Source: Fonticula alba ATCC 38817
Taxonomy: Eukaryota; Protista; Nucleariida
Length of the DNA: 13,786 nt
NCBI GenBank assembly: GCA_000388065.2
Contig: KB932203.1
Direction: 5' to 3' (one strand)
How positions within the stretch are numbered: the first letter of the stretch is position 1; each line of letters begins with the position of its first letter. Position numbers and translations under genes: made by a program. The notes beneath the pieces were generated by a model. The model was given only the letters and a program-made list of their open reading frames with translations. It ran no database searches and was not told the origin of the DNA. Below are positions 1 to 9,700 of this stretch, one piece after another.

Positions 1-97
1 AATGTGCCGACCCATGCGCGTCCCCCCCCCCCCCCCCGTGCATGTGTGCTGGATATTGACTAACCATGTGAACGATGGCCGCACGCTTGATTGGCAG
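1..97 (+). other. 3' part of a spliceosomal intron (branch point and acceptor)
   Basis: Branch-site-like GACTAAC at 58-64 and a TTGGCAG acceptor ending at 97, directly before an open frame; C16 run at 22-37. Confidence 0.6.
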
Positions 98-428
98 GGT
101 GGACAAGGAAATTTCCCTGCTCAAGGAGGAGGATCTGATTGAGGCGCTAGTGTCGCCCAAAGATCGACCCTTGAGCATCTCCGCCCGCATGGCCGTGGTG
201 TCGTCGGAAAAGGACTTCAAGCTGGCCACGTGCGCCGAGACCCTGGGATGCGCCTGGCCGACGATCCTTGCGCGCCCGGCGTGGGGGATCGACGAGGAAC
301 CGTGGCGACCGATCGAGTTTGACCCGGCCAAATGCAGCGGTGTGAATATCACTGCCTCTGCGATTCGGCGGGAGGAGCTTGCCGCGCCGAGTGTCCTCAT
401 CCGAGTGACCAACAGCGAGTGGAACTAA
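98..428 (+). CDS. Probable terminal exon of an unidentified protein (5' exons lie outside the window)
   Basis: Open frame after the AG acceptor to TAA at 426-428 (VDKEISLLKEEDLIEAL...NITASAIRREELAAPSVLIRVTNSEWN). The amino-acid composition is globular-looking, unlike the Arg/Pro/Gly-rich shadow ORFs nearby. The ORF-track start at 75 is probably intronic. Confidence 0.55.
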
Positions 429-833
429 GTGCCGCTGCCGTGGGGCCTTGCGTGATCTCGGCCCGCCCTTTGCTTTTGGCGATGCCTGGCCGGCCCTTGC
501 TGACTGGCGGAGAATGTCGAAGCCCATCGGCCGCTCAGAGGGAAGAAATAGCAAACGACCGAGCGATGCCGCTGGCTGGCAGACACCCGCGTCCCTGGGA
601 GAGTGTGGGCCGGGTGCTCGGGAGCATACGCGCACGCGCCATGTGAGGGGAGCTGTCTCGGACCGGGGAGCCGGTGCAGGCGTTGCTTTGCTGAAGGAGC
701 CGCCAGCATGGGTCGGCATGCATGACGCCGGGTCCCGCGCGTTTGCATGCCATCCGGTCGGCTCCGGTGCGAGGGGGGCCGCTCTTGCCATTTGTATCCG
801 GCGCCACACATGGGAGGCAAACGGGCCAGGGCG

Positions 834-847
834 TAATATTAGGCCTC
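834..847 (+). promoter_or_regulatory. TATA-like upstream element of tRNA-Gly
   Basis: TAATATTAGGCCTC, an AT-rich island at about -33 to -26 of the tRNA in GC-rich DNA; TATTAGnnCTC also occurs upstream of tRNA-Thr. Confidence 0.45.
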
Positions 848-866
848 GGGATGGGACCCATCCTAA

Positions 867-937
867 GCGTCGATGGTTTAGTGGTAGAATTGCCGCCTGC
901 CACGCGGTAGACCCGGGTTCGATTCCCGGTCGACGCA
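867..937 (+). tRNA. tRNA-Gly-GCC: tRNA-Gly (anticodon GCC)
   Basis: Complete cloverleaf: acceptor GCGTCGA/TCGACGC plus discriminator A, D-loop AGTGGTA, anticodon stem GCCGC/GCGGT with loop CTGCCAC, T arm CCGGG-TTCGATT-CCCGG. No intron and no encoded CCA. Confidence 0.98.
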
Positions 938-943
938 CATCTC

Positions 944-948
944 TTTTT
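944..948 (+). terminator. RNA polymerase III T-tract terminator of tRNA-Gly
   Basis: TTTTT begins 6 nt after the discriminator base. Confidence 0.8.
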
Positions 949-989
949 CATCCTGGCGGGCCGAAGAGCCGGTGCAGGACAAGGGCCGC

Positions 990-1025
990 GGGGGGGGGGG
1001 GGGGGGAGGAGGAGGAGGAGGGGGA
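990..1025. repeat. G17 homopolymer followed by (AGG)n
   Basis: G run 990-1006, then AGG trinucleotide repeats. Confidence 0.9.
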
Positions 1026-1202
1026 GCACCACGGGATCGATCAAGCTCTAAGCGGGTGCGCGTGTGAGGGCGGCAGCCCGCTGGTTTTGTGGTCTCGGCG
1101 CGGATGCCCGTATGATTCCGGGCGGGATGTTCCTTGCTACATGGTACGCTTGACCGGGGTGTTTCTTGGAGGCGCGAGTGCAAGGTGAGAAAGTGGTTAT
1201 GC

Positions 1203-1430
1203 GAAAGGGAGGGGGAGGGGGAGGGGGAGGGGGAGAGAGGGAGAAAGGGAGAGAGGGAAATAAGGAGAGAGAGAGAAAAAGAGGGAGAGAAAAAGAGGGA
1301 GAGAAAAAGAGGGAGAGAGAGAGAGGGAGAGAGAGAGAAAAAGAGAGAGAGAGAGAGAAAGGGAAAGAAGGAGAGAGGGAGAGAGAGAGAAAAAGAGAGA
1401 GAGAAAAAAAGAGAGAAAGACGAAGAGAAG
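1203..1430. repeat. Polypurine (GA-rich) low-complexity tract
   Basis: 228 nt with only two pyrimidines (1261, 1421). Contains (GGGGGA)4 at 1211-1234 and (GAGAAAAAGAGGGA)3 at 1273-1314. Confidence 0.95.
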
Positions 1431-1585
1431 CATTGACATGTGCGCATGTGTATTTGGGCGACCGAAATGGGCCAAGGCGTTGAGAACAAGGCAGGTATAA
1501 GGAGAGAGACACACACACATGGGGGTACACAGCATCAGGATCCCGCCTCCGGCTGGGCCGCCGGACCAGTGGCAGCAGGAGGCCA

Positions 1586-1609
1586 GGGGGGGAGGGGGGG
1601 GGGGGGGGG
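1586..1609. repeat. G7-A-G16 homopolymer tract, about 75-100 nt past the stop codon of the large gene
   Basis: Directly visible G runs. Confidence 0.85.
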
Positions 1610-1682
1610 ATGGACGTGCAGCGTGCAGGCAGGGCCAGCCACCCGGGGGGCGGAATGGATGGCGGCGTTGCTTGCTTTCCTT

Positions 1683-4600
1683 TCAGACCGGAACAAAGAG
1701 GTTGCGGTTGAGGAGATGCGCGGGGAAGGCCTGGGGGGCCTTGACCTTCGGACGAGAGGGGCTGCCCTCGAAGCAGGACACCAGGAGGGCCCCGTTGGAG
1801 GCGGGAGTGGTGTCCGAGGAGGAGGAGGAGGAGTAGTAGTTTTGGTAGGGGTTGGCATAGTGGTGGCTGGAGCTGGTGCGCTCCAGGCGAAGCATCGTCT
1901 GGCTGGCCAGGTGGAAGAGGGCCTCCCGGACATCGGGCGAGGGGATGAGCTGGCGAGCGGCGGCCGCGCTGCCGGCGGTGGCCGGGTGCCCCTCGACCGG
2001 CGAGAAGGCCAGGGCACTGGCGAGGAGATGCAGGGCGGCGAAGAGCCGAGCCGAGCAGGAGAAGTGGCCGGTGCCGCCGGTGGGCAGGGGGGCCGCCACG
2101 CCGAGGGCACGAGTCAAGCCGGAGCACAGGATGGCATGGGTCCCGAAGGCGCGCAGATCTTCGACATTGCTGACGGACCCATCGCCACTGGGGGCCTTGG
2201 CGCCGAGGACCATGCGCTGGGTGGTGAAGAGCTGATCGGCCGGGGTCAGGCCGAAGGCATTCTCCGACAGGAGAGCCTGCCGGAGGAGGGCCCAGTCCAC
2301 ATGGGCCAGGGGGCTGCCAGCCGAGGCGGCGGTGGTCGCTTGGAGGATGGCCCCGACCGAGGCATTGTCCCCGGAAAGGAGGCCCAGCAGGGCATCGGCC
2401 ATGGTGTGCACGGTGTCGGAATTGGCCGCGGTCGCCGCCGGGCCAAGCGCATGGATGGCCGCCGCCAGGCCCAGGGCCAGGATCATCTCGCAGGCCAGGA
2501 GGAATTGCGAGAAGCGCAGGGCCACATGCAGGGAGGTGTCCCCACCGGCGGCGGTCCGGTGATCCGGGTGGAAGAGCTCGGCCCGGGCCAGCAGCAGCTG
2601 CCCCGGGTTCGGGCTGGCGGTGGCAAACCGAGCACGAGCCAGGGCCAGGGCCATCTCGTGGAGAACCCCATGGGCATCACGCTCGGCGGCCAGGTGCACC
2701 GGGCTCAGGCCGGACACCGGGCTCCGGGCGAAGATCGCCTGGCGCAGGGCGGCCAGCTGGGTGGCCGCATCGGCCGAGGGGCCGGCGGCGGCGGCGGCGC
2801 GCTGGACCACGCTGTCCAGCAGCAGGGCCGCCGCGGCCGGCTGGTGCGCATGGGCCGCATGGTGGAGGGGGGTCCACCCGCGGAAGGCGTCCATCTGGCT
2901 GGGATCCGCATGGAGGTCGGCCAGCAGGCCGGCGGTGGCATCGGTCAAGCCCAGCCGAGTCGCCAGGGACAGGGGGCTGAGGGCGACATCGCGCGTGCAG
3001 AGCACCGCCAAGGGCCGGTCCTCCGAGGTGCTGGTGGTCCAAGCGGCCAGGCTGTTGGGCTTGGCCTCGGCATCGAGGGCCAGGCCGATGGCCGCCAGGT
3101 CGGTCAGCTGGCCGGAGGACAGGGAGTACGGGGCCGAGGTGAGGATGTCCCGGAGGAGGGCCAAGGCCGGGCGGGAATTCAGCAGGGTGACGGCCGACAC
3201 GGCGGTGGTGTACTCGGTGCGGCTGTCCCCGCTGGAGGTGCCCATCGGGGCCACCTTGAGCACGGTGTCCAATTGGAAGAGCGACCGCTCGAGGGGGGCC
3301 GTGGTGAGGAAGACCTCGCGACCGAGGGCGCGGAGGATGCTGCGCTCGGTGTCGGGGACCATCTCGGCCAGGCGGGCCACATCCGGCGCACCGCGAACCA
3401 GGAGCTCGGAAGCCGGCCGGCGCTCGGTCGTGCGGTTCCAGAACTGGGCGAATGCCTGGCGCGGGGCCGGGTCGGTGGCCAGCCAACGGGCCAGGTCCTC
3501 ATGCCCGGCCAGCAGGGCCACCGTGGCCGGCGGCAGGAAGCTCAAGGGATGGTGGGCCCCATGGCCACCGATGATCGGGGAGTCGATGTTGTTGAAGCCC
3601 TCCGGCCGGGCGCCCGGGCCACCGGACAGGGCCACCAGCGTCAGCATATTGCGCGCCGACCGGTCGATCCCCTCGCCGCCCTCGGCCGCCGGCAGGAAGA
3701 GGGACGTCTTGCTGGACCGGGTGAGGACCGTGTGGCGACGGACCTCGGCCACGGGGACATCCGCCGGCAGGGGCCAAACCGCGAAGTTGACCCCGGCACC
3801 GAAGCGCCGAAGCAGCAGCAGCAGCACCGACTGAGGCAGGCCCATGGCCACGGCCATGGCAAAGGGCAGGGGGTTGTCCTCGGCGTCGGCGGCAATGTTG
3901 GAGGCCAGGCGCTCGGCCAGCTGCATCACCGGCGGGGCATAGGTCGAGTGGCCCTGGAGCCGGGCCGCCAGGCGGTCCAACCGCGTGACGGTATCCTCCA
4001 CCAGTCGCAGGCCATTGAGCAGGGCCAGCACCAAGGCCAGGGCATGGTCCTCGCCGCCGGGCAGGCCGGCCGCATGGAAGAGCGTCTCATTGAGGATGTT
4101 CAGGGAGACCGATTGCGAGGGCGACAGGCCCAGGTAGGCATCGGTGGAGGTCCGATGCCGGAGGAAGTCCTGGGCCGGGGCATCCCCGGTGGCCGGGGCC
4201 CGGCGGTCATCCCACTTGGCCAGGGTCTTCAAGGTGGGCAGGGGCTCCTGGCCGGAGGAATCGGCCGTCCGACGGGCATGGCGCGAGTACCAGCGGTTGT
4301 GGGAGGAAGACTGGCGGAAGGTGCTGGCCATGTCCTCATTCAGCAGGTGCATGCCGGCCATTTGGGCATCGGTGTGGCCGGCCCGGCGCCGAGCGGCCGG
4401 CAGGAACCCATGCTGCCGCAGGAACCCCTCCACCGGGTTGGTGGAACTGAAGCGCAGGTGGCCAATGCGCTCGGCCTTGGCGGCAGCCGGGTCATCGGCA
4501 TCGGGCTTCTTCTGGCTGGCGGCGCGCTGGGCCAGGCGATTGGCCCGGCTGGCCCGGCTGAAGGCCCGCTGGGCGGCCTCCGCCTTGGACATGGACGCCG

Positions 4601-6738
4601 AGGAGGCCAGCATGTCACGGCCCATGGCCATGCTGAGGGCCCCCTCATCGAAGTAGCAGGTGTCATCGTCGGAGAAGTCGGAGCACTCGTCATCATGGCC
4701 GGCGAAGCCGGCGGCCAGCAGGCTGACATTGTTGACGCGGGCCGCGCGCTTGGCCGCCGAGTCGGCCGTCTCCGAGGCGGCCTGGGCCGCGACGCGCATG
4801 GCCGCGCGGCTGAGCTTCGGCCGGTACTGGCTCGCCATCCGGGACAGCAGCAGCTCCACCATGGGGGCCGGGTGGTCCAGGAAGCGCAGGGCCACACGCA
4901 GGGGGGTGGTCTTGGAGGAGCCGCCCATGCGCGAGTCGACCAGGGCCACACTGGCACCATGCTTGGTGGTGTCGGTCAGGTCGGCCACGCGGTCCAGGTC
5001 CCCGGCGAAGACCGCCTCAAAGAGGGCCCGGTAGATGGCCTCATTGGCCTCGCCCTTGACCGGCTGATCGCCGGCCACAAACTGGACCCGGGCCACATCC
5101 GACACATTGGCCATCCGGCGGCGATGAGGGTGGCGCTTGGCGGACTTGCGCGCATGAGGGGTGGACTTGGAGCCGGGGGACTGGGCCGCGGCATTCAGCC
5201 CAAGCAGGGCCTTGGCATTGGCTTCGCGAGCGGCGGCCTCCGCGGCGAAGGTCACCAGGCGCTTGAGGGTGGCAGGCAGCACGGCCAGGGCCGACGCGGC
5301 CAGGCGCCGAGTGAAGGACTCGAGCTCCGGCTCGGCGGTGATGTGCTGCTGGCCGCCCAGCTCCCGGGCCAGGGCCGCCTGAATGGCGGCCGGGGTGAGG
5401 GTCTTGCTCAGGGCGTCGGCCTCGCGAGCGGTGATCCGGCTCCAGCAACGGTTGGAATACTCGTTGACCAGCTGGGTGGCCAGCTGGGTCGGGTCATCGA
5501 AGCCCAGCCGGCGCACGCGCTTGGGCTGGGGATCGGGACCGACCGCCGCCGGGTAGGTGAGGGTGAAGGTGGTGCTCATGCCGAAGCGGGTGGCCAGCAT
5601 CCGGCGCATGTCATCCAGGCGACGGAAGGCATCCATGCGCTGGTGGCGCGCGGCGTCGGCCACCGTGTCGATGGCCTCATTGGCGGTGGCCAGGATGTCC
5701 GGCCGCAGGCGAGCCATGACCTTGGGGGTGGAGTGGCCGCCGCGCTGGGCATTGGCCAGGGCGGCAAAGTGCTCGGCGTCGCGATCGTCAGCGCGCTCGC
5801 CGGCCGGCAGGCCGAGCATGTAATTGATGACGGCCAGGTCGTGCAGGAGGATGGTCAGCAGGGCGCCCGGGGGGGTGGATGGCGAATCCGCCGACAGGGC
5901 CTCATGGCGGGCGATCTCGCGCAGGATCTGCCGACGAGTGCGCATGCCCGCCAGGACCGAATGGATGCCGGTGGTGGAGAAGAGCTCCGGCGTGTCGAAC
6001 AGCCCCTGCGGAGAGCGGACCTTCCGGGCTTGGCGATCGCGCAGGCGGATGGCATTGCGCAGGATGAACACATGGTCGTCATGATCAGACAGCCGGGAAT
6101 CCGGCATCGCCTGGCCGGTGACATCCCCGGCGGCCAGCCACAGCAGGGCATCCGGAGCCGGGCGCTCGTGGACAAAGTCCTCATGGTCGGCCGGGTGGTC
6201 GCCCTGCTCGATGAGATCCCCATCGATGTCGATGTCGACCGATGCCTGCGCCGGCTCGGGGGACTCATCGTCATCGGAGCCGGACGAGGAGGCATCGTCC
6301 ATGGTGGAATCGGCCGAGGACTTGAGGGTGGCCAGGGCGGCGGCATACTCATCGCGCATGGCCTGCTTGATGGCACGCATGGCGGCCCGGATGTCGGCCA
6401 CCTCCACATCGGAGCTGTTGACATCCACCTCATTGAGGGCGGTCTCGGTGTTCAGCTCGGTGTGCGTGTAAATCTGGTCCACCAGGTCGAAGAGCTCCGG
6501 CGCGGCGGCGCGCAGGGAGGCCAGCTGCTCGGTGTTGTGGTTGCAGGCGTAAATCATCTCCGCGGCGGCGGACACCACGAAGTCCACGAGGTTGCATGCC
6601 GGGGCCAGGCCGACGGCCGGGTTGAAGGTGACATCGGCCACCAGGGGGGCATTTCGAGACCGCGGAGGCGGGCGCTTGTTGGAAGAGCTGTAGGCGCTGG
6701 CGACGTTGTTCAGCTGGTCGCGGAAGGTGGCCGGCATG
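1683..6738 (-). CDS. Last exon: ankyrin-repeat and Ala-rich helical region
   Basis: Open from the acceptor (TTGCAG|C ATG CCG) to TGA at 1685-1683. Ankyrin-like motifs include KTTPLRVALRFLDHPAPMVELLL (~4850-4915), GWTPLHHAAHAHQPAAAALLL (~2815-2879), GLSPVHLAAERDAHGVLHEM (~2652-2711), GDTSLHVALRFSQFLLACEMILALG (~2470-2547) and ENAFGLTPADQL (~2230-2268). Confidence 0.88.
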
Positions 6739-9700
6739 CTGCAAGGTGCGCGGATGAGCGGGGGGAGACAGGGGGAAAAAAAGGAAAAAAGGAAGCAGGT
6801 GAGCATGACACGCCGGAGCCGGGGAAGAAGCCGACCCCCGCCCGGGGGGAGGAGGCAGGCACACAAGGGCAGGCAGGACGCACCGAGACACGCTCTGGAA
6901 GACGATCGACACCAGCGACGACTCCAACGCCTGGAGGATGAGCTCCAGCACCCGCGGCAGGCGGGCCGTCAGGGCCAGGTGATGAGGCTGAGTCTCGAGG
7001 TTGAGGCTGGAGTAGCCGCGCTCGGCGCTGTACGGCCGGCGGTCGGTCCACACGGCCATGAGCAGCTCCTTGGAGGCATTCAGGTGGGACATCTGCACGA
7101 TGGCCGGGGTGCCGAGGCGGAGCAGGGCCTCGACCGTGTCGGCGGTGAGCTGCTCGCGGGCAGCACGGCCCAGCCCCTCGCGCAGGATGACCGGCATGCT
7201 CCGCCGGCCAAAGTCCGCGGCCAGCTGGAAGCCATACCGAATGGCCAGGGACAGGGGGTTGAGCTGGCCGATGGTGACATGCGCCAGCAGCGGGGCCAGG
7301 ACCTCCGGGGGGAAGCACTTGCCGACGAAGTCGGTCAGCAAGTCCGCCCGCAGGCGGATGGCATACACCCCGATGACATTCAGCTGGCTGGTCAGCAGCA
7401 TGTCAACCAGGTTGGCCGGCTGCGACCGGGTGGCGGTCGGGGAGTCGACATCGCGCTGGGCAATCGGCACCAGGTCCACGCCCTCGACCAGGAGCCGGGC
7501 CAGGGACACGGCGATGGTGCTGTCCTCCACGAAGGCCACCAGCATCAGGGGGGTCATGGCATCGCGGTCGTTGTTGGCGAAGGGCAGGCACGGCCGCGAG
7601 GCATTGGCCCCATGGGCCAGGAGCACCCGCGCGCAGGCCACACTCCCGAAGAGCACGGCATAATGCAGCGGGGTCAGATGGCCGTCCCAATCCTCGCAGT
7701 CCACCGAGACAAAGGCCTCGCGGATGGTCACCGAGGCCTTGGGATCGGAGGCGCTGGCCACGCTGACCTTGTAGGTCTTGGTGACATGGGGATCGGCGTC
7801 GTCATCGGATTCGGCCATCTCCATCATGTCCTCGAGCTCGGACCCATCGGAATCGGAGCCCTCGGAGCCCTCGGACCCATCGGAGTCGGAGCCGTCGGAG
7901 CCCTCGGAGCCGTCGGAGTCGGAGCCCTCGGAGCCGGAGCCCTCGGAGCCGGAGCCCTCCTCCTCCTCCTCCTCCTCGAGGTCCATGTCGGCGGTGCCGG
8001 GCGAAGAGGCGCGCGCACTGTCGGCGATGGCCAGCGAATGGCGCACGGCCGCGGCCTTGGCCTCATCGCCATCCTGCAGGTCGGAGGAGGGGCGCGCGCG
8101 CTTGACCCCGGGCGCGGAGCCCTCGCGAATGCGACGGGCCTCCAGAAGCAACTCGCGCACTTGGTGATTGTACTCCAGCAGGTCGGCCAGAATCTCCGGG
8201 CGATTGTAGTGCGCAGCAAAGTGCAGCGGGGTCCGGCCATTGAAGGCGCGCTCCGAGAGGTTGGGCTGCACATGCTCCGGCAGGGGCAACTCCAGGCAGG
8301 GCTCCAGCTCGGCCAGCAGGCGGCGATCGGCCTCATCGGTCAGGTCTTCCACATGGCCGGAGCAGCGCAGGCGCAGGACCGCCGCCCGCAGGGACCGCAG
8401 GCCGGCATCCAACAGGGCCTGGACCAATTCCCGGCGATTGGCCAGCACGGCCAGGATCAACGGAGTCCGGCCGAGGGAGTCCCGGGAATCCAGCCGCATG
8501 CCGATCATGTCCTCCAGGCGCTTGGTGGCGCGGTCCTGGGCCACCGTGGCCAGGGCATGGGCCGACCGGGCGGCCGACAGCCGCGCGGCCCAGGCAGCCT
8601 CATCGGCCTCCGGGGACTGGGGCCCATCGAGGTCCATGGAAGCGGCGGCGGCCGCCTTGCCGGCCTGGGCCTCCTCCACGGCGGCCAGGGCATCGGCCAG
8701 GGCCCGGTCGGCGGCGACCTTGTCAGCGCGAGCGGCATCCCGCTCGCGGACAAAGCGCTCGGACTCCAAATCCAGGGCCTGGCGGAAGAGGGCCATGTTG
8801 CCGGTGGCCGCGGCGGTGGCCAGCAAATCGGTCGACTCATCGAGGAAGGCCGGCTCCAGCCAGTCGCCATCGGTGATGGGCCGGAAGGAGCCGATGGACT
8901 GGCGGCCCGGGTCATCGGCCAGGAAGGTCAGGGACCCATAGACGAAGGCCGACTCGTTGATGTCGAAGTCCGAGGGGAAGGGCGGGCAGAAGCCACAGCA
9001 GTCCTCCAGCACGGTGGACATCCGGCCGACGAAGCACGGATGGGTGTGGTAGGTCTTGGTCCGGTCGAACCAGGGGGAATTGAGCATGGTGTCCTTGCCC
9101 TCCATGAGGGTTTGGATGCTCTTGGCATTCCAATTGGGGCCCCAGGGCAGGAAGACCGTGGCATAGTCGGACAGCTCGCTGATGTCGGTGCCCATGAGCC
9201 GGTCCCGGAGGAAGGCATCGCTGCTGAGGCGGTTTTCGATTTGCTGGCGAAGGTACCCCCCGGCGGAGGGGGTCCCGACGAGGCTGTTGCCAGACCCGAG
9301 GGCATCCTTGGACTCGTTGCGCATGCGCCGGAGGCGCTGCTCATCGCGGTAGTTCTGGATGGCGGCCGGCGACCGGAGGCGCTCCAGGAGAATGAGCCGG
9401 GCCAGGCCCTGGACCCGGTCGAAGGAGCGCTCCAGGATTTGGGGATCCACACGGGCCAGGTCGTAGTAGGGAGTGCGCACGGCAAAGCCACGGGCCGCAT
9501 ACTTGGACAGCCGGGTCTCGTAGGAGGGCGACCGCCGGGACATGTCGATGGTGTTGCGCTGGAACACCAGGGACGCATGGGCACGCGGCATGGCGTACAC
9601 CTGCCGGCCGTCGAAGGCCACACTGGAGCAGTCCACATCGAAGCCCATGAGCACCTCGGCCGGGGAGGCATACCGGCGGAGGACAATCTGGATGTGCCGG

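Noticed and set aside
147-1188. ORFs overlapping tRNA-Gly (147..938, 448..1188, 535..1044 and others)
   Set aside because: GC-rich chance ORFs with Arg/Pro/Ala-rich products that run through a bona fide tRNA gene.
1449-1454. AATACA on the minus strand as a poly(A) signal for the large gene
   Set aside because: It is a non-canonical hexamer, the poly(A) signal of this organism is unknown, and nothing else supports it.
878-1535. ORFs crossing the GA tract (poly-ER/EK or poly-LS/FS products)
   Set aside because: These are translations of a low-complexity purine tract that cannot contain stop codons; some also overlap the tRNA.
1440-6941. 1833-aa plus-strand ORF
   Set aside because: It is in codon register with the minus-strand gene (offset 243 nt, divisible by 3). 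It stays open because the GC3-biased sense strand avoids TTA, CTA and TCA. The product is Gly/Gln/Arg-rich with no motifs: an antisense shadow.
7838-7977. Possible CRISPR-like or regulatory repeat array
   Set aside because: The units are 9-15 nt, contiguous, have no unique spacers and preserve the coding frame; this is a coding low-complexity repeat in a eukaryotic gene.
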